A stretch of 64,000 nt of DNA from Candidatus Latescibacterota bacterium (lineage in GTDB: Bacteria; Latescibacterota; UBA2968), in contig OZ242010.1 of NCBI GenBank assembly GCA_965204745.1, positions 5,152,001-5,216,000 of the forward strand, read 5' to 3'. Each line of letters opens with the position of its first letter. Position 1 is the stretch's first letter. Under the pieces are notes generated by a model that saw only the letters and a list, made by a program, of their open reading frames with translations, made no database searches and had not been told where the DNA came from. Both the position numbers and the translations under genes were made by a program. Below, piece by piece: positions 10,132 through 20,277 of the stretch.

Positions 10132-11529
10132 TTAGTCATCGGCAGACGCCGCTCCGCGTTCTGCGTGGCTTTGATTGGACACCAGTTGCCGAATTTCAAA
10201 AATGTTGATCACGGGCATCACCCGGATAAACAGGATCATCATAAAGAGGAAAAACCCAATCGTGCCCGCGTACAGGCCCCAGTCCCAAGGCGTGGAGTGG
10301 TACAGGTCCCAAGACGAAGGCAGGAAATCTCGGTGCAAACTCGTCACCACGATGATGAACCGCTCGAGCCACATGCCCACATTGATAAACATCGAAATCA
10401 CAAACAGGCCGAGTGGGCTGAGGCGCACCCGTTTGATCCACAGCAGTTGCGGCACGGCCACATTGCACAAGATCAACGACCAATACGTCGAAGCATAAGG
10501 GCCGTGCATGCGATTTTGCATCATGTAGCCCTCGTAGGGGCTCGCGCTGTACCACGCGAAAAATTGCTCCATCGCATAGCCGTACGCCACGATTAGCCCG
10601 GTGGCGAGCATGACCTTGCCCATGTTGTTCAAATGCCGATCCGTGATGTAATCGTGCAAGCCGTAAAAATAGCGGATGGGCAACCCCAAGGTCAGCACCA
10701 TCGCAAAGCCCGCGTACACCGCGCCCGCCACAAAATAGGGCGGGAAAATGGTCGCGTGCCAGCCGGGAATCAGCCCCACGGAAAAGTCAAAACTCACGAT
10801 GGAATGCACGGACAGCACCAGCGGCGTGGAGACGCCCGCCAAGAGCAGGGACGCCATTTCGTAGTTAAACCAGTGCTTGGCGGAGCCGCGCCATCCCATC
10901 GACAACACCCCGTAGATCAGTTGTGAAATTTTGTGCTTGGCCTTGTCGCGCAAGGTGGCAAAATCCGGAATCAACCCCAGATACCAGAAGATCAGGGACA
11001 CGGTAAAATACGTGCCCACGGCGAACACGTCCCAAATTAGAGGACTGCGAAACTGCGGCCACACGGACATCGTATTGGGATAGGGCAACAGCCAATACGC
11101 CGCCAACCACGGGCGGCCCGTGTGCAACAGCGGAAACATCCCCGCGCACATCACGGCAAAAATGGTCATGGCTTCGGCAAACCGGTTGATGGAATTGCGC
11201 CACTGCTGGCGCATCAGCAACAAGATCGCCGAAATCAACGTGCCCGCGTGCCCGATGCCGATCCACCACACGAAATTGATAATCGCCCAGCCCCAGCCGA
11301 CTGGGACATTCAACCCCCAGATGCCCGTGCCTTTGATCAGCAACCACGTTGCCGACAACATCAACAACTGCAAGATGCCGCCCGCGATCAACATCGCGGC
11401 AATCCACCCCAAGGGCGTGCGACTGGTGATGATCGCGCTGAGTTTTTGCGTCACCGTCGTATAGGTCTGCCCCGGGCCGAGCACGGGGGCCGGCATGGTC
11501 GGGTCTTTGAGAGGCGCGGAACTACCCAT
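10132..11529 (-). CDS. actC: Alternative complex III NrfD-like subunit ActC
   Basis: 'NFVWWIGIGHAGTLISAIL', 'RFAEAMT', 'SPLIWDVFAV', 'GMWLERF'. Confidence 0.95.
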   Translation of the reverse strand: MGSSAPLKDPTMPAPVLGPGQTYTTVTQKLSAIITSRTPLGWIAAMLIAGGILQLLMLSATWLLIKGTGIWGLNVPVGWGWAIINFVWWIGIGHAGTLISAILLLMRQQWRNSINRFAEAMTIFAVMCAGMFPLLHTGRPWLAAYWLLPYPNTMSVWPQFRSPLIWDVFAVGTYFTVSLIFWYLGLIPDFATLRDKAKHKISQLIYGVLSMGWRGSAKHWFNYEMASLLLAGVSTPLVLSVHSIVSFDFSVGLIPGWHATIFPPYFVAGAVYAGFAMVLTLGLPIRYFYGLHDYITDRHLNNMGKVMLATGLIVAYGYAMEQFFAWYSASPYEGYMMQNRMHGPYASTYWSLILCNVAVPQLLWIKRVRLSPLGLFVISMFINVGMWLERFIIVVTSLHRDFLPSSWDLYHSTPWDWGLYAGTIGFFLFMMILFIRVMPVINIFEIRQLVSNQSHAERGAASADD

Positions 11530-14518
11530 GCTGTGCGATCTCCGGATTGGGGTTGGTCAACCGCGCCAAGTACGTGGTGCGCGGCTCGGTGTTCAACTCG
11601 GTCAAAATGCCGTAATTTCTCTGTTGGGCCTTGAGCTTGGCAACGCGGCTATTGGGGTCTTTGATATCGCCAAACGCGATGGCGTCTGTGGGGCACGCGC
11701 CTTGGCAAGCGGTGGTGATGTCCCCGTCTTTCAAGTCTCGGTCGTCGACCTTGGCCTCGATGCGCGCCGCGCTGATGCGCTGGACGCAATACGTGCATTT
11801 CTCCATCACCCCGCGACCCCGCACGGTCACATTGGGGTTGCGCTGCAACTTGAAACTGTGGGTTTTCTCATCCGCGTAGTGCAAGAAATTGAACCGCCGC
11901 ACCTTGTACGGGCAGTTGTTGGAGCAATACCGCGTGCCCACGCACCGGTTGTACGCCATGTCGTTGAGGCCCTCCGCGCTGTGGACGGTCGCGCCGACCG
12001 GACAAACCAGTTCGCACGGCGCGTTCTCGCACTGCATGCAGGGCACGGGTTGGTTGACGAGTTCGGGATTGTCCAAATCGCCCTTGTAGTATCGGTCGAT
12101 GCGGATCCAGTGCATTTCCCGGCCGTTGAGCACTTGATCTTTGCCCACCACCGGGATGTTGTTTTCCGACTGGCAGGCCACGGTGCAGGCATTGCATCCA
12201 TTGCACGCATTCAGGTCAATCGCCATGCCCCAAGCCTTGCCATCGTTGTCGTGAACCCCGTCAAAAAAGTTGGCATCCGGGCCGGGCGCGTGCCCCATTT
12301 CATGCACAAAGTGCGGGTTGCTTTCGTATTCGCCAACTGTGCCCGAGCGCACCAAAGCGCGGCCTTCCATGCTGTGGTGATCCTGCGTGCAGGCAAGGGG
12401 ATGCGTCTGCCCGGTCTTGGTCATTGACGCGCCCGCAGCGAGCCACGGCGCGTTTGACGTTTGGAGCGCGTACGCATTGAACCCCACGCCATTGCCCACG
12501 CGCCCGGCAACCGTGCGCCCAAACCCGAGATGCACTGTCACCGCGTCTGCGGGATGGCCCGGCGCGATCCACACCGGGGCTTGCACCGAGCGGTCATCGA
12601 CGCGCAACGCGACCACGTCGCCATTTTGAAGCCCCATGCCCTCGGCTGTTGCCGGCGCGATGAGTGCCGCATTGTCCCAGGTTAAGCGCGTGTGGGGCTT
12701 GGGCAATTCCTGCAACCAGCCATTGTTGGCGTATCGCCCGTCGCCAATTGTGGGATCTAGCCGAAAACTCACTTCGAGGCCCTCGCCCGCAGATGAGGGC
12801 GCGCCGTAATTTCCGGTCAAACGCACAGAACGCACGGGCAAAGCCGTATCCGCGACAATGCCATCGTGTAACCACGTCTGCCACGCGGTTTCAAAATCCC
12901 GGCCTTTGTATTGCGCCTGCCAGTATTCCTTGACCCTGTCGTAAGCCGCACGCCCATCCCCGAGCATCATCGCCACCAATTCCGCACTTGACTTGCCCCC
13001 GTAGAGCGGCTCGATCAACGGCTGTACTATCGACACCGTGCCATCAAAAGCGCGCACATCGCCCCACGCTTCCAGGGCGTGGGCTTCGGGCAAATGCCAA
13101 TGGGACAATCGCGCGGTTTCATTTTGGGATTGGCCCAGGTGAACGCGCATGGCGACCTTTTGATACGCATCCGCAAAATCGAGATCCGCAGGCGCGTTGT
13201 AAACCGGATTCCCGCCCAAAACGATGAGCGTAGAAACTCGGCCCTCGACCATATCCACGGCCAAATCTTTGAGGGAAGCGTATTGATTGGTCGGTTCGGC
13301 TTCAACGGGATCCGTGTACGTCACGGTCTTGCCCACATTGCCCAGCGCGCTGTTGATCGCATGGGCGAGCGCGTGAACCGCGGGCGGTTGGTGATCCCCG
13401 GCAATGACCAATGACGCGCCCAGACGCGCCTGCAAGTCTTTGACCAGCGCGTTGAGCCACGCATCATGGCCGGCAGCATTGCCCCCGGGCACCTCGATGC
13501 CCAGCGCAACCGCGATAGCCCGCGCAAAGCCCTCGATCCGACTCGCCTTCAATGGCAAGCGGTGATCCGCCACGGCGCCGGTATTGGAGGGCGTGGATTC
13601 CACGACATAGAGCCGATTCATCTCGGCTTTTTGCCCGTCGACAACTCGCCGACCGAGCGCGAAGTGCCGCGCATGCCGCACACTCGCCGCGCCGGATTCC
13701 GTAAAATCCGCGTCCAATGACAAGACGCGCTTGGCTTTGTCGAAGTGATACTGCGTCTCGACCACCTCGCCAAACGCCATCCTCGCGCCTTCGCGCACAT
13801 TGTCGCGCGTACCCGGTTCAAATTGATGCCATCTGGCATTGGGATATTTGTCCAAGAGCAATTGGATCTGGGCGGTCAAAACGGGCGAGGTCACGGTTTC
13901 CGTCAACAAGCGCAATCCCGCCCCCCGATCCAAATCGAATTTTGCCACCTCGGTCGCGAGCGCGGCGGAAAACCGCGCCCAGGTGCTCGCGCGTCCATTT
14001 GCCACCGGCACCTGCGTGCGGTCCGGATCGTAGAGATCGAGGATTTGGGCCTGCGTGATCGCATCCACAGGTCCAAAAGTCGCATCGCCTTCTCGGGGGG
14101 TCGCCGGATGAATCGGGTTGCCCTCAATTTTCGTGGGCCGCCCCGCATGGCTTTCGACCAACACGCCGCGGGCGAATCCGCCTTGCGACAGCGCAGACGC
14201 AAAAAACAGGGGTTTTCCGGGGATCAACTGCTCGGGCGCACGCACGTAAGGGACGATTTTTTCTGGAGGCTGGCGCGTGCAAGAGGTCAACCCGGCAAAA
14301 GCCAGAGACGCGCCCATCACCTGCAAAAATTTGCGCCGACCGACTTTGTCGCCCCATTCGGAAGCGCCTTCGGGAAACTCGCGGTGCAAGTAGTTGCGAA
14401 ATTCGTCCGTATCGGCCAACTCGTTCAGGCTACGCCAATAATCCCGACCCTTATTTTGGGCCAGGCGTTCCCGAATCGCAGAGAGGTCCAAACCGTTTTT
14501 GTGCGCTTTGCGCGTCAT
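11522..14518 (-). CDS. actB: Alternative complex III subunit ActB (molybdopterin-oxidoreductase-like + Fe-S)
   Basis: 'YWRSL', Tat-like 'GRRKFLQ', C-terminal CxxCxxCxxxC clusters, 'CVGTRYCSNNCPYKVRRFN'; ATGA overlap with actA. Confidence 0.95.
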   Translation of the reverse strand: MTRKAHKNGLDLSAIRERLAQNKGRDYWRSLNELADTDEFRNYLHREFPEGASEWGDKVGRRKFLQVMGASLAFAGLTSCTRQPPEKIVPYVRAPEQLIPGKPLFFASALSQGGFARGVLVESHAGRPTKIEGNPIHPATPREGDATFGPVDAITQAQILDLYDPDRTQVPVANGRASTWARFSAALATEVAKFDLDRGAGLRLLTETVTSPVLTAQIQLLLDKYPNARWHQFEPGTRDNVREGARMAFGEVVETQYHFDKAKRVLSLDADFTESGAASVRHARHFALGRRVVDGQKAEMNRLYVVESTPSNTGAVADHRLPLKASRIEGFARAIAVALGIEVPGGNAAGHDAWLNALVKDLQARLGASLVIAGDHQPPAVHALAHAINSALGNVGKTVTYTDPVEAEPTNQYASLKDLAVDMVEGRVSTLIVLGGNPVYNAPADLDFADAYQKVAMRVHLGQSQNETARLSHWHLPEAHALEAWGDVRAFDGTVSIVQPLIEPLYGGKSSAELVAMMLGDGRAAYDRVKEYWQAQYKGRDFETAWQTWLHDGIVADTALPVRSVRLTGNYGAPSSAGEGLEVSFRLDPTIGDGRYANNGWLQELPKPHTRLTWDNAALIAPATAEGMGLQNGDVVALRVDDRSVQAPVWIAPGHPADAVTVHLGFGRTVAGRVGNGVGFNAYALQTSNAPWLAAGASMTKTGQTHPLACTQDHHSMEGRALVRSGTVGEYESNPHFVHEMGHAPGPDANFFDGVHDNDGKAWGMAIDLNACNGCNACTVACQSENNIPVVGKDQVLNGREMHWIRIDRYYKGDLDNPELVNQPVPCMQCENAPCELVCPVGATVHSAEGLNDMAYNRCVGTRYCSNNCPYKVRRFNFLHYADEKTHSFKLQRNPNVTVRGRGVMEKCTYCVQRISAARIEAKVDDRDLKDGDITTACQGACPTDAIAFGDIKDPNSRVAKLKAQQRNYGILTELNTEPRTTYLARLTNPNPEIAQHG

Positions 14519-15183
14519 CGATGACATGTCGAGCAATCCGTAGAGGGGTTGATGTCGTATGCTTTGACCAGTTGCGCGCCCAGCGCGACTTGAGAGACCA
14601 CATGCCCGTGTTCGTCAGTGGGTTGCCACGTCATGTTGAAAACCTCTTCGCGGGGCCGCACAAATTTCTCGGGCGCTCGGTGACAGTCCAAGCACCATTC
14701 CATGTTGAGGGTGTTCACCTTCCACATCAGCGGCATCTGATCGACCTGCCCGTGACAGGTCTGGCAACCAATGCCTTTGTGAACGTGAATGCTGTGGTTG
14801 AAATAGACGAAATCGGGAAGATCGTGGACGCGCACCCATTCGATGGGGTTGCCCGTGCGATAACTCTCGCGGATGGGTTCGAGCAGTGGGCTTTCCGTCC
14901 AGATTTGGGAGTGGCAGGTCATGCAGGTTTCAACAGGAGGGATATTGGCAAAAGAGGATTCTTCTACCGAGGTGTGACAATACCGACAATCGATGCCCAC
15001 GCCCGTCACATGGTGCTTGTGACTGAAGGGAACCGGCTGTTTTTTCGCAACCTGAACATCGGTTGTGTAGTGCAATCGGTTGGTGTTGAGCAAAATGGAG
15101 AGGCCCGTTCCAACGACAACCAGAACCGCGACAATGCTGACTCTGGCAAATGCGTTGCTACCACGCGGAAAAAGCTGCGCCAT
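14515..15183 (-). CDS. actA: Alternative complex III pentaheme cytochrome c ActA
   Basis: Five CxxCH motifs (CRYCH, CMTCH, CQTCH, CLDCH, CSTCH); 'QPVPFSHKHH'. Confidence 0.95.
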   Translation of the reverse strand: MAQLFPRGSNAFARVSIVAVLVVVGTGLSILLNTNRLHYTTDVQVAKKQPVPFSHKHHVTGVGIDCRYCHTSVEESSFANIPPVETCMTCHSQIWTESPLLEPIRESYRTGNPIEWVRVHDLPDFVYFNHSIHVHKGIGCQTCHGQVDQMPLMWKVNTLNMEWCLDCHRAPEKFVRPREEVFNMTWQPTDEHGHVVSQVALGAQLVKAYDINPSTDCSTCHR

Positions 15184-15251
15184 TGATGGAGACCTTGTAA
15201 AATGAAGATGAAAACATTAAGAATAAATCAGCTCGAGCATACGCAAAGTCT

Positions 15252-15279
15252 AATATACAGGAATGCCTTTACGAGTCAA
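15252..15279 (-). promoter_or_regulatory. Putative sigma70 promoter of the act-cox operon
   Basis: Minus strand TTGACT-N16-TATATT about 70 bp upstream of actA. Confidence 0.5.
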
Positions 15280-15336
15280 GCAATAAGTTTTGCTCTAAAA
15301 AAGCTGTTCGCTGTCACCAGTTTTGTTTGGTGAATC

Positions 15337-15417
15337 AGTTGTCAGTTGTCAATGCGAATTAAGAGTAGAAAGCGAGTAAGAAGCAAGCCGCGGTCAATCG
15401 TCCAAAGACAAGAACGA
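15337..15417 (+). repeat. ~80-bp dispersed repeat, copy 1 (copy 2 at 51375-51455, minus)
   Basis: agttgtcagttgtcaatgcgaattaagag...ccaaagaca.gaacga aligns with the reverse complement of 51375-51455 with 3 mismatches. Confidence 0.85.
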
Positions 15418-15539
15418 CTCATCCATTATAGGATCGCACTTTAGAACTCGTCAAAAAAACGATGTCCCCTCCTCCGGCTCTTCCCCGCAACGGAGAGATG
15501 TTATTCCCCCTTGTATCTCCCCTCTTGCCTCTCCCGCCT

Positions 15540-16538
15540 CTATTCCTCAAACGCCGCGTCGAACGCCACATCCGAGGGTTCAAAGTCGATCTCATTGACA
15601 AAGGCGCAGGCTTCGGTCGCGCCGTGTTCGCGGTCCATCCCGGAATCCTCCCACTCGACCGAGAGCGGGCCGTCGTAGCCAATGTCGTTGAGCGCGCGGA
15701 TGATCTCTTCAAACGCCACGCTGCCGCGTCCGAGGGAGCGAAAATCCCAACTGCGGTCTGGATCCCCAAAATTGGTGTGCCCGCCAAAAATGCCCGCGCG
15801 CTTGGGATAGGGCGACAAGTACGCGTCTTTCATGTGGACGTGGTAAATCCGATCCCTGAACGTGTGGATAAATCCCACGTAATCCACATTTTGATAGACC
15901 AGATGGCTCGGATCGTAATTGAACCCGAACTCGGGGCGATTGTCCAATGCGGTCAATGCCCGTGCAGAAGACGAAATATCAAACGCGATTTCCGTTGGAT
16001 GCACCTCCAGGCCAAAACGCACGTCGCAGGCTTGAAACACATCCAGGATCGGATTCCAGCGATCCGCAAAATCCCGAAAGCCGGCGTCGATCTGATCGGG
16101 TGACACCGGGGGAAACGAATACAACAAATGCCAAATCGACGACCCGGTGAACCCGTTGACCACCTCGAGGCCCATCGCTTTTGCGGCTTCGGCGGTCGTC
16201 TTCATCTCTTCCGCAGCGCGTTGGCGCACGCCTTCTGGATCCCCATCATCCCACACATGGGGCGGCAAAATGGCCTGATGCCGCGCGTCGATATTGTCGC
16301 ACACGGCTTGCCCGGCAAGGTGATTGCTGATGGCAAAGCACTGCATGCCGTATTGCTCGAGCAACTCCTTTTTCTCGCGCACGTACCCATCATTAGACGC
16401 GGCTTCGCGCACGTCCATGTGATCGCCCCAACACGCGAGTTCCACGCCGTCATAGCCAAAATCCCTGGCCTTTTGCAACATCTCGTCCAGCGGCAAATCC
16501 GCCCACTGTCCTGTGAACAACGTCACTGGTCTTGCCAT
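15540..16538 (-). CDS. Sugar phosphate isomerase/epimerase (xylose-isomerase-like TIM barrel, IolE-like)
   Basis: '[10 protein letters not shown]', '[11 protein letters not shown]', 'NYDPSH', 'HVHMKD', 'LSVEWED'. Confidence 0.9.
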   Translation of the reverse strand: MARPVTLFTGQWADLPLDEMLQKARDFGYDGVELACWGDHMDVREAASNDGYVREKKELLEQYGMQCFAISNHLAGQAVCDNIDARHQAILPPHVWDDGDPEGVRQRAAEEMKTTAEAAKAMGLEVVNGFTGSSIWHLLYSFPPVSPDQIDAGFRDFADRWNPILDVFQACDVRFGLEVHPTEIAFDISSSARALTALDNRPEFGFNYDPSHLVYQNVDYVGFIHTFRDRIYHVHMKDAYLSPYPKRAGIFGGHTNFGDPDRSWDFRSLGRGSVAFEEIIRALNDIGYDGPLSVEWEDSGMDREHGATEACAFVNEIDFEPSDVAFDAAFEE

Positions 16539-16650
16539 TTCTCACTCCTTGTTGAAAGCAAATCAAAGTGCGTCGGGTCTTGAGAAGCGGGGAAGCTCTC
16601 CCTTCTTGTATCTTTGACCGAGCACGGGGCATCGCCCCTACACACCGCTC

Positions 16651-16720
16651 GCCTTTGAACTGGCTGTCTGCCAGTTGTACCCCTTTTGTGCCTTTTGTGC
16701 CTTTTGTGCCTTTTGTGGCT
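16651..16720. repeat. REP-like hairpin (AACTGGC-loop-GCCAGTT) with (TTTTGTGCC)n tail
   Basis: Same element at 21246-21304 and, inverted and duplicated, at 32220-32348. Confidence 0.75.
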
Positions 16721-16748
16721 AAAATCCCTTCTCACCTCTCCCCTGTCG

Positions 16749-17906
16749 TTACACCCGCGGCACATCCATCCACCTGCCGGACTTCGCCGAATCCACGACC
16801 GCTTCCAAAACAGCCTGAACCTTTGTGCCCTCGGCAAAGTCGGGCGAGAATGTCTCGTCCTTTGCAATGGCCTCAAAGAAATCCCGAAATTCGTGCGTGA
16901 ACGTGTGTTCCCAACCGATGATGTGCCCCGGCGGCCACCACGCGGACATAAAGGGTTGGCTGCCCTCGCCCACGATAATCTCGCGGAACCCCTGAATGTG
17001 ATCCTCGTCTTCGCGCGAATAGAATTGCAACTCGTTCATCTTTTCCAAATTGAACGCAATGCTCCCCTTGCTGCCGTTGATTTCAAACCGGTTGTGATTG
17101 CGCCGCCCGGCTGCAAATCGCGTGGCTTCAAACGAGCCGAGCGCGCCATTGGCAAATCGCGCCAAAAACAAGGTGGCATCATCCACAGTCACGCGGCCCA
17201 TTGTGTCGCCGGCCTTCGCGCCCAATCCCGCGTCGACCGCTTCGAGGGTGGGACGTTCTTTGATAAACGTGGTATCCGCGCCGACCACGCTGTCGATATC
17301 CCCTACGAGGTGTAGCGCGAGGTCGATGATATGCGCGTTCAAATCCCCGTGCGGCCCGGACCCGGCCTTGTCTTTTTCCAACCGCCAGACCAGCGGGAAA
17401 TCCGGATCGATGATCCAGTCTTGCAAATACACGGCGCGCCAGTGGTAAATTTTTCCAATCCGCCCTTCGGCGATCAACTGTTGCGCCAAAGCCACCGCGG
17501 GCACGCGCCGATAGTTGAACGCCACCATCGTCTTTTTCGACGCGTTCGCGGCCACGGCCAGCAATTCTCGGGCTTCTTCAAGGGTGTTTGCCAGCGGCTT
17601 TTCGCAAATCACATGCTTGCCCGCTTGCAACGCGGCCAGTGCCATGGGCAAGTGCAGGTTGCCGGGCGTGCAAATGTCGACGATGTCGATGTCGTCTCGG
17701 GCGATGACCTTTTCCCAGTCGGTCTCCCATTCCGCCCAACCGTACGTTTGGGCCGCGTCTTGCACCGCGTCTCGGTTGCGCCCGCAGATCACTTTCAACA
17801 CGGGTTTCACGTCGAGTTCGGGAAAAAACGCGGGCACTTGTCGAAACCCATTGCTGTGCGCCTTGCCCATAAACGAATACCCGATCATGCCGATATTGAG
17901 TTCCAT
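16749..17906 (-). CDS. Gfo/Idh/MocA family oxidoreductase
   Basis: 'IGMIGYSFMGKAHS', 'HVICEKP', 'GDLNAHIID'; GGAGG RBS before MELNIG. Confidence 0.92.
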   Translation of the reverse strand: MELNIGMIGYSFMGKAHSNGFRQVPAFFPELDVKPVLKVICGRNRDAVQDAAQTYGWAEWETDWEKVIARDDIDIVDICTPGNLHLPMALAALQAGKHVICEKPLANTLEEARELLAVAANASKKTMVAFNYRRVPAVALAQQLIAEGRIGKIYHWRAVYLQDWIIDPDFPLVWRLEKDKAGSGPHGDLNAHIIDLALHLVGDIDSVVGADTTFIKERPTLEAVDAGLGAKAGDTMGRVTVDDATLFLARFANGALGSFEATRFAAGRRNHNRFEINGSKGSIAFNLEKMNELQFYSREDEDHIQGFREIIVGEGSQPFMSAWWPPGHIIGWEHTFTHEFRDFFEAIAKDETFSPDFAEGTKVQAVLEAVVDSAKSGRWMDVPRV

Positions 17907-18024
17907 AACACCTCCTCGTTTGAAATCCAAAATGGTTGTCGATATTCCCGAAAAAATTCAGCGATGGTCACGTCTGCGATAGCCTGTTTCAGTTCATCAT
18001 TGGCGCGTACGCATTGGGCATCCC

Positions 18025-18798
18025 CTATCCCGATTGCGATGCCGCGTGGGAAAGATCTGGGGGTTGGGGTTGGGAGTGGAAGCCGTAGATGCGTTTCATC
18101 TCTGGCGTGGCGCGGGCGATCACTTCGGGCTTGAGGTAGTGGACAAAATCGAACATCGGCTTGAGAAAGGACCGGCAACAAAAGCAGATCAAACACATCC
18201 GCGGTTCACCTGTGCGGTTGGCTCCTGTGGCGTGCCAAATCGCGCCGTTGAACAAAAACACCGATCCCTTGGGCGCGGAGAGGCGAACCTCATCTAAATG
18301 AGACGAGGGATCGTCCTTGGATGGCGGCTTTTTCAAAAACCGATGGCTACCCGGCACAAACCGCGTGCCTCCGTTTTCGGGTGTAAAATCATTCAAAAGC
18401 CACAGGCTGTTGACGAACATCGGAAATTCGGGCAGGGGTTCTGGCATCTGGCTCAAGGCATTATCCACATGAAACGCATTGTCCTCTGCACCTGGGTAAA
18501 TCACGTTTGACGTCAGCGTACTGAGCGTGTAATCCTCGCCGAGCATATATTCAAAATAGGGCACGACTTTGGGATGTGCCACCAGCTTTTCAAATCCCTC
18601 GCCCTTGTTCACCAACCACCGCACATGTTGGCCCCTGCCCTGCGTATGCACGCGGCCCGACCCATCTGCCCGCTCTTGTTCGGCAAGGCGCGACAGCGTT
18701 GCTCGGTAGTCCGCGATCTCGGCTTCAGAGAGCACATCGGGAATGATCACATACCCTTGCTCGTCCAATTGTCGTCGGTGTTTAGGTGGGATTTTCAT
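18025..18798 (-). CDS. Phytanoyl-CoA dioxygenase (PhyH) family Fe(II)/2OG dioxygenase
   Basis: 'FHVD' HxD, 'ENGGTRFVPGSH', 'WHATGAN'. Confidence 0.9.
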   Translation of the reverse strand: MKIPPKHRRQLDEQGYVIIPDVLSEAEIADYRATLSRLAEQERADGSGRVHTQGRGQHVRWLVNKGEGFEKLVAHPKVVPYFEYMLGEDYTLSTLTSNVIYPGAEDNAFHVDNALSQMPEPLPEFPMFVNSLWLLNDFTPENGGTRFVPGSHRFLKKPPSKDDPSSHLDEVRLSAPKGSVFLFNGAIWHATGANRTGEPRMCLICFCCRSFLKPMFDFVHYLKPEVIARATPEMKRIYGFHSQPQPPDLSHAASQSG

Positions 18799-18911
18799 CG
18801 TGAGGCTCCAAGCAGGTTGCCATCCCGCCTAACCCCCTTCGGGAAGAGGGAAGACGGGAGAGGTGAGAGGCAAGAGGGGTAGGTCCCAATGGATTCAATG
18901 CTTAATTCGCA

Positions 18912-20174
18912 TTACAACCCGTAATACTCGTTGATCTCTTTTTGATACCCTTCTACCTCGCCGGTCAACATCTCGTCTAAGGTCACGGCGCGGTGGAGCA
19001 AGCCGGATTCGAGGATCGCGTAACTCAATGCCAGATCAATCGCGCCTTCCTCGCCGCTCATCTGCGCGGCCTTGCCTTCTGCTATGGCTTGGAGCCAGTT
19101 CAGATTCTCGAGGGCAAACGCATCGGCAATCCCCCGCGGCATCACCTGATCGACGCGAGATGGATCGGCCTCCCGTTGAAAGCGATCCTCCACATTTTCC
19201 GATGCGCCATCTTCCCCAAACAACTGCCCGTCTGAAATCGCCCCCTTACTGCCCCAGATATTCGTCCCGCCCGGCACGCCTATCTGCGTTCCGCGCGCGC
19301 TTCTCGACACCGCGAGATGCCCAATGCCGCCCGCTTCAAATTCAAAATTGGCAAAAAACGCATCATCCACCTGATTTTTAACATGGGCAACCACAGCGCG
19401 GTCGTCGTCAGACATCAACACGCGCACGGGCTCCAGCGTTCGCCACACGGCTTGCACGGACTCGACCGGCCCGCAAATCGCGCGAACCCCATTGAACAGA
19501 TGCACCCCCAAATCGATGGCAACGCCCCCACCCGCGCCCAATTTGCTCTGCCGCCAAGGCGTGCGCGCAGCGACGAGATCGGGCCGCGCATTGCGAAATC
19601 CGATCACCCCGCGATACAGCATTTGCACATCCCCGATCAGCCCGGTTTGCACGGCCCATTGGCTCGCCCAGGTGCCGGGGTTGAAATTCACATTCTCGGC
19701 AACGGACAAAACGCGCCCGGTCTCGTCCGCGACCTCGCACATCCGCTGCGCGGCTTTGACCGAAATCGCCATCGGCTTTTCCACCGAGACGTGCTTGCCC
19801 GCCCGCATCGCGTCTATGGCAATGCCGTGGTGGTTGTCGTGCCCGGTCAAAACGATCACCGCGTCGATCCCGGCCTGTGCGAGCATCGCGTTGTAATCCG
19901 TATAAACCCCTGCATCGCGCTCTGGGTGCAAATCGCTGATATACGCATGGGGCGCGTTGAGCGGATCCCCGGGCGCGTCAACCGGCGCGGGACGAGGCCC
20001 CGGCCCTTGCCCCCGTCTGCGAAACCGATGGGCGTCTTCTTCCTTGCGCGCACACAACGCGGCAATCTCAAACAGGTCGCCAAACCCGTTTGCCTGCAAA
20101 ATTTTGTACCCGCGCAAATGGGCGTTCAAAATCCGCGCACACCCGATAATGCCAATCTGCACTTTGGAAGACAT
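18912..20174 (-). CDS. Gfo/Idh/MocA family oxidoreductase
   Basis: 'IGIIGCARI', 'HVSVEKP', 'DLGVH'. Confidence 0.88.
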   Translation of the reverse strand: MSSKVQIGIIGCARILNAHLRGYKILQANGFGDLFEIAALCARKEEDAHRFRRRGQGPGPRPAPVDAPGDPLNAPHAYISDLHPERDAGVYTDYNAMLAQAGIDAVIVLTGHDNHHGIAIDAMRAGKHVSVEKPMAISVKAAQRMCEVADETGRVLSVAENVNFNPGTWASQWAVQTGLIGDVQMLYRGVIGFRNARPDLVAARTPWRQSKLGAGGGVAIDLGVHLFNGVRAICGPVESVQAVWRTLEPVRVLMSDDDRAVVAHVKNQVDDAFFANFEFEAGGIGHLAVSRSARGTQIGVPGGTNIWGSKGAISDGQLFGEDGASENVEDRFQREADPSRVDQVMPRGIADAFALENLNWLQAIAEGKAAQMSGEEGAIDLALSYAILESGLLHRAVTLDEMLTGEVEGYQKEINEYYGL

Positions 20175-20277
20175 GTAAAATTCCTTCTTCAGAGGGCCTA
20201 CCCCCGGCCCGGTTATTCGCTTCGTTGTAGGCTACGCCCGTGCGTACGAAAAATGGGGGAAGAATGTCTCCCCCGTT

